Numbered from the stretch's first letter, positions 26,588 through 37,354 are shown. The stretch is DNA of 64,000 bases from a virus (IMGVR_UViG_3300021431_004524:128001-192000), one strand, 5' to 3'. The notes: generated by a model from the letters alone, not told the origin. Numbers and translations are program-made.

Positions 26588-27634
26588 TTACGTATGCACA
26601 CCACGCACAAGAAGACCAAGGCGGCGGAGTGGGTCGTACATAAATGCCCCCTCCTCATAGGTGACAGTCAAGCCGTAGGCTTTGGTACTATTGTAAGGCG
26701 TAGAACTCCAATAGTTGCATTCAATACCTTTTTTGGAACCACCGCTGTAGTTGCCACCAGCAGGTAAAAACAACATATTTCCGCTCGAATTGAAAACGCT
26801 TCCGTTCACTCCATTGTAAGACACCAAATAATCGTAGCTTAGAGCGGAAAGTTCACTTTTTGTTGGCATTCTCCATCCTTCGCCCATTACTTGTGTTGCA
26901 GTATCATAACTTGATGGTAGTGGGTTTTCAGTACCTGTATAGTATTGGTCTTCATTCTTATAGGTTGTAGAACCAGCTCCCCATTGATAATAGTTTCCAT
27001 AGTCTTGAACTGAGTTTGCTCCAACGTTCTTGATTGCCCAATTAACTCCTTCTATAGATACATAGCTTCTGCTATGATAGTCACTTGGGAGTTGGATAAT
27101 CACTAATGTAGTACTTTGACTTCCACCATTAACAGTTATATTGGCAGTTCTAGCCGTGCTACCACTATTATTACTTGATGCAGTTACGTTTATCTTACCG
27201 CTTGAATAAGTAACAGTAGCCCAAGATGGTACATTACTGAAGGTTACATTACCGCAATCAATACTACCACGACTTCCGCTAGTTCCGTCAAGCAAAATAC
27301 CTCCATAACCTAGTTGTAATGGTTTTGCATATTGTCTAATATTGAGAGTTATTGTTTTATTGCTATCATTTTGTTTTAGTACTACGTTTCCACTTCTTTC
27401 GTAGTATGTTGAATTGGCACTGTATCTAATAGTAACTCTAGTTGCCGCAGTTGTTACACCTGTTACCACTGTTCCATCATAAGAAACTACTGAATATCCT
27501 ATGTTAGTGCCGTTTGCAGTTGATGTTATATATACGTTAGTGGAACTGCTACTATAACTTACACTGACAGATGTTGATTGTGCGCTGAACACATACTCAA
27601 TACTGTCTCCACCTAATAAATTTCTTCTTCTCAT
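26588..27634 (-). CDS. BACON/Ig-like plus C-terminal C-lectin-fold (Fib_succ_major/Mtd-like) protein, probable DGR target
   Basis: MRRRNLL start; RSGNVVL/RTANITV BACON-like; WAIKNVGA, GNYYQWG, WRMPT, YWSST...GLLVRGV. Confidence 0.78.
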   Translation of the reverse strand: MRRRNLLGGDSIEYVFSAQSTSVSVSYSSSSTNVYITSTANGTNIGYSVVSYDGTVVTGVTTAATRVTIRYSANSTYYERSGNVVLKQNDSNKTITLNIRQYAKPLQLGYGGILLDGTSGSRGSIDCGNVTFSNVPSWATVTYSSGKINVTASSNNSGSTARTANITVNGGSQSTTLVIIQLPSDYHSRSYVSIEGVNWAIKNVGANSVQDYGNYYQWGAGSTTYKNEDQYYTGTENPLPSSYDTATQVMGEGWRMPTKSELSALSYDYLVSYNGVNGSVFNSSGNMLFLPAGGNYSGGSKKGIECNYWSSTPYNSTKAYGLTVTYEEGAFMYDPLRRLGLLVRGVHT

Positions 27635-27641
27635 TTTGTTT

Positions 27642-27670
27642 AGTTATTTGCTAATTATTAGCAAATAACT
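27642..27670. repeat. perfect 14-bp inverted repeat with core CTAATTATTAG
   Basis: AGTTATTTGCTAAT-T-ATTAGCAAATAACT. Confidence 0.85.
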
Positions 27671-27761
27671 CTTAAAAAGAAGAGAAAATTTCATAAAAAT
27701 ATTTTGTTAATCTGGTTAAAAGTAGTATATTTGCATCGAATTTTATAGTAATTAACAGAAT

Positions 27762-28541
27762 TTGATGAAATATTTGTTTAGTAAGGAAGAATGTATTAAT
27801 GCGAAATCTATATTAGGTAAGAGTGGTGCAATAAGTACGATTTGGCGTGATTATTTTGCGCCGAGTAATAGAATAGGGAACTGTACTAATTTATATAGGC
27901 TATTAAAACCTGACAGTTGTGAGGATTTTTTTGATAAGTACATAAAATATGCAAGTTCGCATAAGGATTTGCCTATTTCCAAGCGAGGATTAGATGAAAC
28001 TGAACTACTTCTTTTGGCCGAAAAGTACAGAAATTTGGTTCAAAAGAAAACGGGAATAACAAATGATTTATTAACATATTATTATGATGCATTATGTCAT
28101 ATCATCGTAGAAACATGGGATGGACAACAGAATGAGAGGGATTTCATTAAGTTTTTGACTAATTTAGGGTACAGTTGTTCAAAGTTTGATGGTAAGATAG
28201 ATGCTGAATATGGTGTTGACATTAAGGTGACACGTGATGATGGCAGGGTATCTGCAATTCAGATTAAACCCATTTCATTTTTCAAGTCAAACAGGAGTGA
28301 TGTACAGTCTGATAGGATAAACCTTTGTAAGAAATACGAAGAGGCTTATAAGAATTTAGGCTTTAAGACATATTATGCGATATATGTAAGGGATAAGGCT
28401 ACTGGTGAAATAACTTGGGTCAAGAACGGTAATGGCTATAGGTTTAGGATAAACGAGTTATTCAATTATGACCCAAGTGACATAAGAGGTACGTTTACGA
28501 GGCTTGCATTACCTGAAGTATATGAAAAATTACCTATTTAA
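27762..28541 (+). CDS. PD-(D/E)XK nuclease, MjaI-like restriction endonuclease
   Basis: ETWDG...E, DAEYGVDI, IQIKP. Confidence 0.65.
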   Translation: MMKYLFSKEECINAKSILGKSGAISTIWRDYFAPSNRIGNCTNLYRLLKPDSCEDFFDKYIKYASSHKDLPISKRGLDETELLLLAEKYRNLVQKKTGITNDLLTYYYDALCHIIVETWDGQQNERDFIKFLTNLGYSCSKFDGKIDAEYGVDIKVTRDDGRVSAIQIKPISFFKSNRSDVQSDRINLCKKYEEAYKNLGFKTYYAIYVRDKATGEITWVKNGNGYRFRINELFNYDPSDIRGTFTRLALPEVYEKLPI

Positions 28542-28610
28542 CTTTTTTTAACTGATAATATTTTGTATTATCAATTTTTTGTTATATCTTTGCAAAGAAA
28601 ATTAAAATAT

Positions 28611-28820
28611 ATGATTTATACCTTAAATGAATATAAAGAAGCTGCAATAGTGGCTGAACGATGGGAATTTGCTAAGAGATATGCGATAGCTGATGAGGAT
28701 ACGGCCAAAAGAATTCTTGAAATACATCGGAAATTTGAAGAGAATATTGAGAATAATGATTTTCTTGAACTATTATATGAGGATTATTTAAGAATGGAAG
28801 GTTTAAGATATGACCGTTAA
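28611..28820 (+). CDS. hypothetical protein
   Basis: Start moved to ATG 28611, downstream of promoter. Confidence 0.55.
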   Translation: MIYTLNEYKEAAIVAERWEFAKRYAIADEDTAKRILEIHRKFEENIENNDFLELLYEDYLRMEGLRYDR

Positions 28821-29388
28821 GATTGATGTAGATGGCGTGATAAGGGATATTATCACAGCAATGTGTCAGATTTATAATGATAAGTTTGGCGGTAAACTAT
28901 GCCCTGATGATATAGATGACTATGACATTAATACGAATTTCGTAGAGATACCTAAGAGAACCGGTATGACTCCCGTTGATTATTTTTTTAGGGAACATGC
29001 AGATTTGATATTCGAATATGTCAGTCAGCCGTTTGAAGGTGTCAAGGAGAGTATTGATGAATTAAGGAACAACGGGCATAAGGTCGTTATTGTTACATGG
29101 CAGTTCAATTTGGATAATATTATGCACACGCTTAGGTTTCTTGATATGCATTGTATAAAATACGATGATATTTGTTTCACAAAGGATAAGTGGATGATAA
29201 AGGGTGATTATCTAATTGATGACAATCCTGAGTTCATTATGGATAAGAGGGATAAATCAAAGAAAATAATCGTTGATACCCCGTATAATCGGAATGTCTC
29301 AAAGAAGTATAAGAGGGTTAATTCCTTGAAAGATGCTATAGTATACATTATTAATAATAATAGGGAAGAAAATAAGGAAGCCGCATGA
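28810..29388 (+). CDS. 5'(3')-deoxyribonucleotidase (HAD, NT5C-like)
   Basis: DVDGV, K...GDYLIDDNP, PYNR. Confidence 0.85.
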   Translation: MTVKIDVDGVIRDIITAMCQIYNDKFGGKLCPDDIDDYDINTNFVEIPKRTGMTPVDYFFREHADLIFEYVSQPFEGVKESIDELRNNGHKVVIVTWQFNLDNIMHTLRFLDMHCIKYDDICFTKDKWMIKGDYLIDDNPEFIMDKRDKSKKIIVDTPYNRNVSKKYKRVNSLKDAIVYIINNNREENKEAA

Positions 29389-29627
29389 AGAAGTTTATTT
29401 TATTTATTTTCAGTTTATTTTTGCTGTTATCTTGTGGTAATGAGATAGGGACGGTAAAAATATCGCCGGGTGATAAAAGAGCGACTTATACCAAAGATTA
29501 TATTGTAATTGAGGAATGTACCGGTTTAAACGGTTTTAATATGCCGTTTTGGGAACAGAGGGAAATTTTGAATAGAAATCAGAATGATACAATCATAGTA
29601 ATTTTGAATAACAATGGAAAAAAGTAA
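29385..29627 (+). CDS. putative lipoprotein
   Basis: MKK-hydrophobic-LLLSC lipobox. Confidence 0.65.
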   Translation: MKKFILFIFSLFLLLSCGNEIGTVKISPGDKRATYTKDYIVIEECTGLNGFNMPFWEQREILNRNQNDTIIVILNNNGKK

Positions 29628-30111
29628 GATTTACATTGTAATGGAGTCCACCGGACAGTATGAGGACAGTTTTGAGAGTCCGTATAAGGCTTTTACAAGC
29701 AAAGAGAAGGCTGATGCTTGTGTTGATAAACTGAAAGCATATTATGACGATTTGATGGACAGATACAGTCAGATTGATTTTGATGTTCAAGAGAAACTGA
29801 ATGATTTGTTTGACCGGTATTTACAGGACACCAATAATGAACTGTTTGTGGCATATAAGAAGGCTATGACAGAAACAGTGGACAGTATTCCTGAGGTTGA
29901 GTTCGATTGGGATTTGTATCATGACATCGAGGATGACTTCAAGGAGAATGAGGAATTAGTAAACAAGTATGCTGATATATGTGGATTGTCTGATAAGGAA
30001 CGTAAGGCAATAAGTGCATATCAGGAATATTCGGAACAGATGGATTGTGACGGTTCTTTACCGTATTTCTATGTAAGTAATCACGTATTGGATTTAGATG
30101 ATGAAGATTAA
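29614..30111 (+). CDS. hypothetical protein
   Basis: 165-aa acidic ORF. Confidence 0.7.
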   Translation: MEKSKIYIVMESTGQYEDSFESPYKAFTSKEKADACVDKLKAYYDDLMDRYSQIDFDVQEKLNDLFDRYLQDTNNELFVAYKKAMTETVDSIPEVEFDWDLYHDIEDDFKENEELVNKYADICGLSDKERKAISAYQEYSEQMDCDGSLPYFYVSNHVLDLDDED

Positions 30112-30301
30112 GTTTGATATATTAGGTAAGATTGCTGAAAAAACTATTGGATTTGATTTAGGTGAAGGTGTTAAAGCAATGACACCGGAAGAATCTGAAG
30201 AATGGCACAAGAAACATTCTTATAGAAAAAAGAATGGTGATTTGGTAATTACTCCTTATGAAATTTCTGAAGAACAAAAGAAAATATTAGAAAACACGTA
30301 A
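30098..30301 (+). CDS. hypothetical protein
   Basis: 67-aa ORF in tight operon. Confidence 0.6.
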   Translation: MMKIKFDILGKIAEKTIGFDLGEGVKAMTPEESEEWHKKHSYRKKNGDLVITPYEISEEQKKILENT

Positions 30302-30302
30302 T

Positions 30303-30659
30303 ATGCCAAGGTATAAGTTGTCAAATGCCCTCAGAAGCAGCCGAATAAAGGAGTTTAAGACAGATAAGTCCGCATGGAACACTTTGCGTAAGGACATGCT
30401 GTTTAAAGAAGAAGATGGAACTGTTTCCGGATGTTATATTTGGCTGTGGAAAGAGATTGAGGTGGAATACCCAATTAATAATGAGGAAGTTTATGTAGAA
30501 ATGCATAACAAGAAATACGGTCCTCGCCCTTATGGATATGGTCCTGATAATGCTAAATTATTAAAGGTGGGTGAACTTAGTAAATCAACTGTTTGGATTC
30601 CTGTTCTTGAAGGAATTACGACACATCCTTATAAAGTAAATAAAAAGGTAAGAAAATGA
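30303..30659 (+). CDS. hypothetical protein
   Basis: 118-aa ORF. Confidence 0.65.
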   Translation: MPRYKLSNALRSSRIKEFKTDKSAWNTLRKDMLFKEEDGTVSGCYIWLWKEIEVEYPINNEEVYVEMHNKKYGPRPYGYGPDNAKLLKVGELSKSTVWIPVLEGITTHPYKVNKKVRK

Positions 30660-30850
30660 CAGGATATAAGATACATTATGGTGAATATGGCCATGATTGT
30701 TGGGGAGCCAGTGAATGGTTTGGGTGGTATGATTATGATAATGTAGTATACCTTAAGCATGAAAAGGCTGAAAAGGTAATGGAAGATGCAAAAAGGCAAT
30801 TTCCTGATAGAAGTTTTGAAATTTATGAAATCAAAATTGATGAAGAGTAA
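30656..30850 (+). CDS. hypothetical protein
   Basis: 64-aa ORF with ATGA overlap. Confidence 0.6.
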   Translation: MTGYKIHYGEYGHDCWGASEWFGWYDYDNVVYLKHEKAEKVMEDAKRQFPDRSFEIYEIKIDEE

Positions 30851-30905
30851 AAAATGAGGATTGCCTGTGTTCGTTTTATGCAAATGTAAATTATTAATGT
30901 AAAAT

Positions 30906-31667
30906 ATGAGATATTGCGGAAGTAAAAGGCGTTTCATGAAAGAGTTGAAACCAATTCTTGAAGAACATTTAAAGAACAAGAAACAGTTGTTTATAGATGC
31001 TTTTGGTGGTGGAATGAACGTTGTTTGTGAGATTGATTGGTCACATAAATGGGCAATTGAATTAAACAAGTATGTTTGTGCTTTATGGAGGTATCTTCAA
31101 ATATACGGTGCTAATGGTATTCTTGAGAAGTATGCTTCAATGACAGAAGATGAATATTATAGTATTAAACAGGACTATATCAATAAAGGCGGTGTATATC
31201 CTGATTGGTTGATTGGCTTTGCCGGTACATGTGCGTCTTATGGTGGTGCTTGGTTTGGCGGCTATGCACATTTTAATCCGAAGAAGAATGAAGACCATAT
31301 AAAGGAGGCTTTCAATGGACTTAGAAAACAAGTTAATTCATTTAAACATTTTGAAGAGACACAGTTTTTCAATTGGTCATATGAACTGATTTCCACTGTT
31401 GTAATTCCTTCCAAATCGGTTATCTACTGTGACCCGCCATATGAGTCTACAAAGAAATATGAGAGCGATTTCGACCATGCGAAGTTTTGGGATTGGGTAA
31501 GAAAGATGTCCAAAGCGGGATATTATGTATATGTATCTGAATACACAGCACCGGATGATTTCAAGTGTATTTGGGAGAAAAAGAAGAAAGATGGTATGGC
31601 AACTACCAAGAAAGGTAAGAAGCAGAATACCAAGACTGAGAAATTATTCGTATATAACGGAAAATAA
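30906..31667 (+). CDS. Dam-like DNA adenine methyltransferase
   Basis: MRYCGSK, DAFGGG, YCDPPY, VSEY. Confidence 0.9.
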   Translation: MRYCGSKRRFMKELKPILEEHLKNKKQLFIDAFGGGMNVVCEIDWSHKWAIELNKYVCALWRYLQIYGANGILEKYASMTEDEYYSIKQDYINKGGVYPDWLIGFAGTCASYGGAWFGGYAHFNPKKNEDHIKEAFNGLRKQVNSFKHFEETQFFNWSYELISTVVIPSKSVIYCDPPYESTKKYESDFDHAKFWDWVRKMSKAGYYVYVSEYTAPDDFKCIWEKKKKDGMATTKKGKKQNTKTEKLFVYNGK

Positions 31668-31668
31668 T

Positions 31669-31881
31669 ATGTATAAGAGATTTAGATTTGTAAAGCCTTA
31701 CCGTAGTTTTGACGGTACTATTGGAACGGGTAATGAATTGACAGTTATGAACGGAACCATTTATTATAATGGTGGTATGTTACAGCCGGGTTTCTATGAT
31801 GAGTTCAAGGAATTGATTCAGAAGGAAATGAAGAAGCCACATTATTTGAAACAAGTTCCAATTCCATATAATAAAGTATAA
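31669..31881 (+). CDS. hypothetical protein
   Basis: Likely start ATG 31669 (MYKRFRF). Confidence 0.6.
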   Translation: MYKRFRFVKPYRSFDGTIGTGNELTVMNGTIYYNGGMLQPGFYDEFKELIQKEMKKPHYLKQVPIPYNKV

Positions 31882-31886
31882 TTGCT

Positions 31887-32420
31887 ATGTATGAGTGGTT
31901 TAACGATTGGGTAACTAATCGGAATAATAGTGAAAAGAAAAGTATTATTGTAGTTAATAGGCGTGCATTTCCTATTATAGTGGATTTGACAAAGGATTGC
32001 GATGATGTTGCATATATCAGTATATCGGCTTCTGAGGAATGTGCGTTGGAACATTTCTATGATGTTACTGAGGCACACCATTATCTTCCGGATGCTGATA
32101 ACGTTCTTAATCTTAATTTCGATGACATTACTGAGGATTTCACTTTTGAGAATATATGCGGTGAAGATGTAACCTATCATGCAATATCAGAGGAACAAGC
32201 AAAACAAGTTATTGATTTTGTCGATAAGAATTTGGGAAAGCATTTAATCATCCATTGTCGTGCCGGTCAGTCAAGAAGTGCTGCTTGTGGTGTCGCTATT
32301 GAGTGCTGCTATGGTGACATCTATAAAATAGAGGAACATAATCCATGTGACACTCCTAATCCCGATGTTTTGGCAAAGGTTAAACGTGCATTTTACGTGA
32401 AAAACAACATTTTTCAATAA
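31887..32420 (+). CDS. dual-specificity / tyrosine phosphatase family protein
   Basis: FDDI, HCRAGQSRS (CX5R), PN..V. Confidence 0.88.
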   Translation: MYEWFNDWVTNRNNSEKKSIIVVNRRAFPIIVDLTKDCDDVAYISISASEECALEHFYDVTEAHHYLPDADNVLNLNFDDITEDFTFENICGEDVTYHAISEEQAKQVIDFVDKNLGKHLIIHCRAGQSRSAACGVAIECCYGDIYKIEEHNPCDTPNPDVLAKVKRAFYVKNNIFQ

Positions 32421-32504
32421 TTTTAACGTTTTTTATTTGGATATTTCAGAAAAAGATAGTACCTTTGCAGACAGGAAGAATAAAGCAATAGGATTTAAAT
32501 TAAA

Positions 32505-33356
32505 ATGGTAAAAGATAAAGACCCACTGATAGAGATACAGTCACTTGAGCATAGGATGAACTATCTGATGTTACTTGATGAGGCGGAGAAGTTCGACGCT
32601 GAACTTTTTAAACAGTCTTTTGGTGGTAAAAAGTCTGAAAATGAGGAAAATTATGTATTCGATGATGATGAATACATGGAATATGTATTGCTTAGAAAAG
32701 AAGATACATTTTTACCGGTTGATTGTATGGCAGATGATGGCGGCTCATACAAAATGCGTAACCATCCCTTGTGGTTCCTGATGGCTAATGGCTATAATCG
32801 TGATTATACAGAGTTTATTCCTATAACAGTGGATAAATTCACAAAAATTATTGGAAGGCATGACATTAAGGTAAGCCAATCTGATATTGAGAAGGTACGT
32901 GAGTTCATCTATAACAACATGCGACTATTGGTTCAACTTGGTAACGATGAGATTGACAATGCTGACTTCATCGAGAATATGAACACTTATCAGCATAGAA
33001 TGGCTGAAAATGTGGAAAGAGAGTCATTAAACGAAATGACCAAATTAAGGGCAGAAAGAACTAATCTTCCAACTGATTTATGGGTCGATTATGAATGGCC
33101 ATCACGGACAGTTCAACATGGACCAAGAGTTAAATTTAAGGCCGAACAAGGAGTAAACGATAGCCGTGCCTTTCCACGCATTACACTTAATGGAAAGTTT
33201 GAAGTGTTGAATTTACCACAAAATACGTTTTTAAGTGCTAAAGATATACGACGTATAATTGAATTTATTAAACTTAATTATGATTTGTTTATTAAACTAA
33301 CAAATGGTGAAATCAATGTCAGTGTATTTAAAGACAGTATAATCCCACTGCCTTAG
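32505..33356 (+). CDS. hypothetical protein
   Basis: 283 aa; two similar 'S..DI..(V/I).EFI..N..L...L.N.EI' segments. Confidence 0.7.
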   Translation: MVKDKDPLIEIQSLEHRMNYLMLLDEAEKFDAELFKQSFGGKKSENEENYVFDDDEYMEYVLLRKEDTFLPVDCMADDGGSYKMRNHPLWFLMANGYNRDYTEFIPITVDKFTKIIGRHDIKVSQSDIEKVREFIYNNMRLLVQLGNDEIDNADFIENMNTYQHRMAENVERESLNEMTKLRAERTNLPTDLWVDYEWPSRTVQHGPRVKFKAEQGVNDSRAFPRITLNGKFEVLNLPQNTFLSAKDIRRIIEFIKLNYDLFIKLTNGEINVSVFKDSIIPLP

Positions 33357-33386
33357 TTAAAATAAAACAATAAGATTTAAATTAAA

Positions 33387-33860
33387 ATGAGTTCATATTT
33401 AAGTTTTTATTTGGTTCCGAAGAAAACTAAGAAGAAATACAGTTTCTCGACTGAAGGTGGTGAGAAAGAAGAGGAAATCGAGATTACAAAAGGTGTTCCG
33501 TTGCTTCTTATGTGTTATTCAAGGAATAATGAGGTATATCAAGCATATAATGATACTTTGAATCCTGCATATTGTGGCATGGAAGAGAAGTATAGTGAAT
33601 TGACATACGAAGATGCAAAACGTGTTGTTTCAGAGTATGAAAGTGACGTTAAGAGTACTGAGAAACGTCTTGAAGTAGCGTATAAGATGTTGAAAGAAAG
33701 CGGTTATCATGAAGATTTATATAGTGAAATTCAATCAAGTGAGAGGTATCTTGAAGAACAGAAAGGAATCCTTGAGGAATTGAAATTCATCGCAAATCTT
33801 GTATATGAGGCTACTCAGTCTTGGACAAATTTTGAAAAAGTGTTAATTAATATTGATTAA
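33387..33860 (+). CDS. hypothetical protein
   Basis: 157-aa ORF. Confidence 0.7.
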   Translation: MSSYLSFYLVPKKTKKKYSFSTEGGEKEEEIEITKGVPLLLMCYSRNNEVYQAYNDTLNPAYCGMEEKYSELTYEDAKRVVSEYESDVKSTEKRLEVAYKMLKESGYHEDLYSEIQSSERYLEEQKGILEELKFIANLVYEATQSWTNFEKVLINID

Positions 33861-33867
33861 GTAAAAA

Positions 33868-34098
33868 ATGGATAATAATGTAGTTTATATTGATTTTGGG
33901 GTTGCACCTTACGCATTACCTGATGTATGTGAAGCATTATTCAATAACGGTATAACCAATGCCTTCCTAACAGAAGAAGATGATGAAATACATGTAAGGT
34001 GGAAATATGATATTAATAGGGGAGCAAAACCATTAGTAGTAGGAAAAGGCCAATTGAGTGTGTCGGACAAAGGTTTAACTTTAACAGGTAATAAGTAA
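33868..34098 (+). CDS. hypothetical protein
   Basis: 76-aa ORF. Confidence 0.6.
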   Translation: MDNNVVYIDFGVAPYALPDVCEALFNNGITNAFLTEEDDEIHVRWKYDINRGAKPLVVGKGQLSVSDKGLTLTGNK

Positions 34099-34113
34099 AA
34101 ATATGCAACAAGT

Positions 34114-34500
34114 ATGGATTCGTTTACAGAGAATAAAATCAGATTAGTATTTGTAAAGGTTGGTCATTATATCTGTGAGAATGAAAACCATGAGGTATTG
34201 GCAAAGTTGATATTTGATAATCCGGAAAGAGTATTGGTTAAAAGTGCAATGTATAGTGATGGTTTTATTAAGATACAATATGAAGATATTGCCTCACTAT
34301 TAACTAATAGATATGAAGAATGTATTAAACTTGATAAAGAAAATCCGCAAACGTATCATATAAACTTCGGAACAGTTGTTACTATTGATGGTGTAAAGGA
34401 TTCTTTAAGACATGAAATAATGGTCAACAAAAATTCAATTAGTAATTCCGAAATGGTAACTATACTTAGGGAATTGGCAGATGAATTATCAGAAAAATAA
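34114..34500 (+). CDS. hypothetical protein
   Basis: 128-aa ORF. Confidence 0.65.
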   Translation: MDSFTENKIRLVFVKVGHYICENENHEVLAKLIFDNPERVLVKSAMYSDGFIKIQYEDIASLLTNRYEECIKLDKENPQTYHINFGTVVTIDGVKDSLRHEIMVNKNSISNSEMVTILRELADELSEK

Positions 34501-34512
34501 ATTTGAAATGAC

Positions 34513-35181
34513 ATGAAAAATGAAACAGATAAGAAGACCCAGCTGATGAACCACCTTCCGCAAGTATGGTTTACGGCTGACCTGCATTTTCATCATAAAA
34601 ACATCTTGAAGCATTGTCCTGAACGTGGAAAGGTAGGTGGATTTGAACCTGATGATGTTGAGTCACATGACAAGTGGCTATTGGAGAAATGGAATGAAAC
34701 TATTGGAAAGAAAGACATAGTATATGTATTAGGTGATTTTGCATTTGGCTCACCTGAGAATGTCAAGAAGTTACTTGGCAAGTTAAATGGTCAAAAATTT
34801 CTTATTTTAGGAAACCACGATAAATCATCAGAGCATCTTGAAGGTTATTTCAAGCAGATAACACAAATGAAATGTGTTACCTTTAAAAAGTCCAACTATG
34901 ATTTTCTTGATGAAGACTTTATGGTGTATATGTGTCACTATCCGATGATAACATGGCCAAGTAAACATTATGGGTGTGTGGAATGTCACGGGCATTCTCA
35001 CAATAGATTAACCGAGTATAATGAGGAATCACCTGACCTTAGAATAGATGTTGGAATTGATAATGGTTTTAAATTTTGGAGTTTGAAAGATGTTTATTCC
35101 TATTTCAAGGAAAAGACAAATGGTGAAAAATTCTTGCATTATGCAATGGAGAAAAAAGAACAAAGAGAAATGATTATTTAA
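34513..35181 (+). CDS. calcineurin-like metallophosphoesterase
   Basis: DLH, LGDF, GNHD, CHYP, HGHSH. Confidence 0.9.
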   Translation: MKNETDKKTQLMNHLPQVWFTADLHFHHKNILKHCPERGKVGGFEPDDVESHDKWLLEKWNETIGKKDIVYVLGDFAFGSPENVKKLLGKLNGQKFLILGNHDKSSEHLEGYFKQITQMKCVTFKKSNYDFLDEDFMVYMCHYPMITWPSKHYGCVECHGHSHNRLTEYNEESPDLRIDVGIDNGFKFWSLKDVYSYFKEKTNGEKFLHYAMEKKEQREMII

Positions 35182-35210
35182 ATTTTAATAACTTAAAAAG
35201 TAAAAGAATT

Positions 35211-35798
35211 ATGTGTAAGATTAAAATTGGAGACCAGGTGTTCGTCAAGGAAAACGGAGTGGTCGGTACAGTAGTAGGACGAGAGACAATTGCGCTGGAA
35301 GACAAGAAGGTGCGAGTAGAGTACGTAGTTAAGACCGGTGCTGGTTTTGAGAACTACAAGTCATTCACACGCAAGGAAATTGCAAAGACCCCAAAAGCAC
35401 TAACTGATGTGCCTGAGAAGACAGTCTATCCTCGTATTTACAACTATGAGCATAAGTGTGCTGATGGCCGTATTTTGGTTCTTACAGGTGTCGTGGATAC
35501 GTATTATGACGATATTACATCGTTTGAGACCTATGGTTCTTCACGTCTTGTTGAGGTTAATAAGGTGAAGCGTAAGGTGCTGTTTATCGGTTATTCGATT
35601 TGTCATCCTGATGACAGTAACAACAAGGAGATTGGGGCATCTATTGCTTTGCGCCGTGCATACGATAAGCCGCTTGCTATCTTCGAGTCACCATTTACCG
35701 GTGAGTTCCGTGAGGATTTCGTAACCGTTATTCTTAAGGCTAAGGCGCAGTTCGTTGAAGAGAACATTGATAGGTTTATCGAGAGGGATAAGAAATAA
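35211..35798 (+). CDS. hypothetical phage protein
   Basis: GYSICHPDD...GASIALRRA motif. Confidence 0.7.
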   Translation: MCKIKIGDQVFVKENGVVGTVVGRETIALEDKKVRVEYVVKTGAGFENYKSFTRKEIAKTPKALTDVPEKTVYPRIYNYEHKCADGRILVLTGVVDTYYDDITSFETYGSSRLVEVNKVKRKVLFIGYSICHPDDSNNKEIGASIALRRAYDKPLAIFESPFTGEFREDFVTVILKAKAQFVEENIDRFIERDKK

Positions 35799-35932
35799 TT
35801 TACAATCAAGCCAATTAGATAAATTAAGTAGTTAAACATTTATTTTGGCATAGACCGTTCGTGAGAATAGTCTATGTTTTTTATTGATAATTCCATATAC
35901 CTTATTATATATTATATATAAAGAGAATTTTT

Positions 35933-36730
35933 ATGGCAAAGAGTGTATTTAGGACAGTGTTAGTGATTGGTGATAACCATGAGGAATTAATTAAGAAGTA
36001 TTCAGCCGATACAAAGGTGGAAGAACATGTAAAATGTAGATTGGATGATGCTGAACATCTTCATAAGTCGTTTCTTAAATTAATTGAGACTATTTTGGAA
36101 AGTAAAGACCTTAATATAAGTGAGAACCAAAGGGATAACTATAAGAAGTTATATCTCAACATTAAGGAAATGAGTGATTTTGAGTATTATCAGTATTACA
36201 CAAAGGGCTGTAAGTATGATGAAGAAACCGGTGATGCATTGACTGATGAAAACCCAAACGCCCATTATCGTGCTGAAAGGTGTTATGAGAATCGTTTAAG
36301 AAATCATAATGAAGAAGGTCCTTTCAGTAATCCGTTTTGGCTTAATGATGCCACGAAGTCATATTCAGCAAGGTTCAATGACATTTGTTGGAAGAGAATA
36401 CACATGTATGACAAGGAAACTGAGATATACAAGAGGGCATGGGAACTTGTTGTAGATGATGATGAGCCGAAAGATGAAAAGGAGGTAAGAATAAAGACGA
36501 ACATGATTGGTAAACTTGGATATTTCCTTAATTTCAAAGATAAGGACGAATACATCAGGCATTCTTGTTCATTCTGGTGCTATGGTGTAGTTACCGAAGA
36601 TGGTTATGATGAAGTCACCTATCAAGTTTCAGATAAGGATTGGGTTGCTAATTTCTATGATAAATACATTAAGAATATCAAGGGAAATCCACTATTAACA
36701 ATATATGAGGTAAGAAGCCTTAATGATTAA
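35933..36730 (+). CDS. hypothetical protein
   Basis: 265-aa ORF. Confidence 0.72.
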   Translation: MAKSVFRTVLVIGDNHEELIKKYSADTKVEEHVKCRLDDAEHLHKSFLKLIETILESKDLNISENQRDNYKKLYLNIKEMSDFEYYQYYTKGCKYDEETGDALTDENPNAHYRAERCYENRLRNHNEEGPFSNPFWLNDATKSYSARFNDICWKRIHMYDKETEIYKRAWELVVDDDEPKDEKEVRIKTNMIGKLGYFLNFKDKDEYIRHSCSFWCYGVVTEDGYDEVTYQVSDKDWVANFYDKYIKNIKGNPLLTIYEVRSLND

Positions 36731-36802
36731 CAAAAATTAACTGAGATTATTTTGTAATCTCTGTTTTTTGTAGTATCTTTGCATAAAATTTATAATTAGT
36801 GT

Positions 36803-37033
36803 ATGAAATACGGCTATTTAATTGCTTATAGTGATAAAGATGGAAAGACATTCAACGGGCAACCTTGGATACATCCATCAAATCCTTTGAGGAAAAAAGA
36901 TATTATAAGGGAATATATTTTTATAAACAATGTAGTTAAGGCCGCTGTATCAATACCTTTCAGAGTTGAGTTGAATAATATTCCTGAAGAGATTTCTTGG
37001 AATTTTGCACGTGAAAATGAAATAACAATTTAA
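36803..37033 (+). CDS. hypothetical protein
   Basis: 76-aa ORF after promoter. Confidence 0.6.
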   Translation: MKYGYLIAYSDKDGKTFNGQPWIHPSNPLRKKDIIREYIFINNVVKAAVSIPFRVELNNIPEEISWNFARENEITI

Positions 37034-37039
37034 TTTAAC

Positions 37040-37354
37040 ATGGATAGGGAAAATATTTTAAATGAGATTTACTCTCTTATTTTGGAGAATGGCGTTTTTA
37101 CTGAGAAAATTGATGTGCTTGAAGAGGACAACAGAGTCTACACTAAAAAGATTCCTGTTGATATTATGCTTGATGGCAATAAAATCAAGTTTGTTTCTGT
37201 AAGTGGATATAACGAGGATTTGTCTGATACCTCTTATAATGATTTAAGAATTAATATTCTGAATTACAGTGGCGGATTTCTTAATTTATTCTGTGCATCC
37301 GTCAGTGATGAAGTATTGTATAACATTTTGACTTCTTTAAAAAATAATGCATAA
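37040..37354 (+). CDS. hypothetical protein
   Basis: 104-aa ORF. Confidence 0.6.
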   Translation: MDRENILNEIYSLILENGVFTEKIDVLEEDNRVYTKKIPVDIMLDGNKIKFVSVSGYNEDLSDTSYNDLRINILNYSGGFLNLFCASVSDEVLYNILTSLKNNA

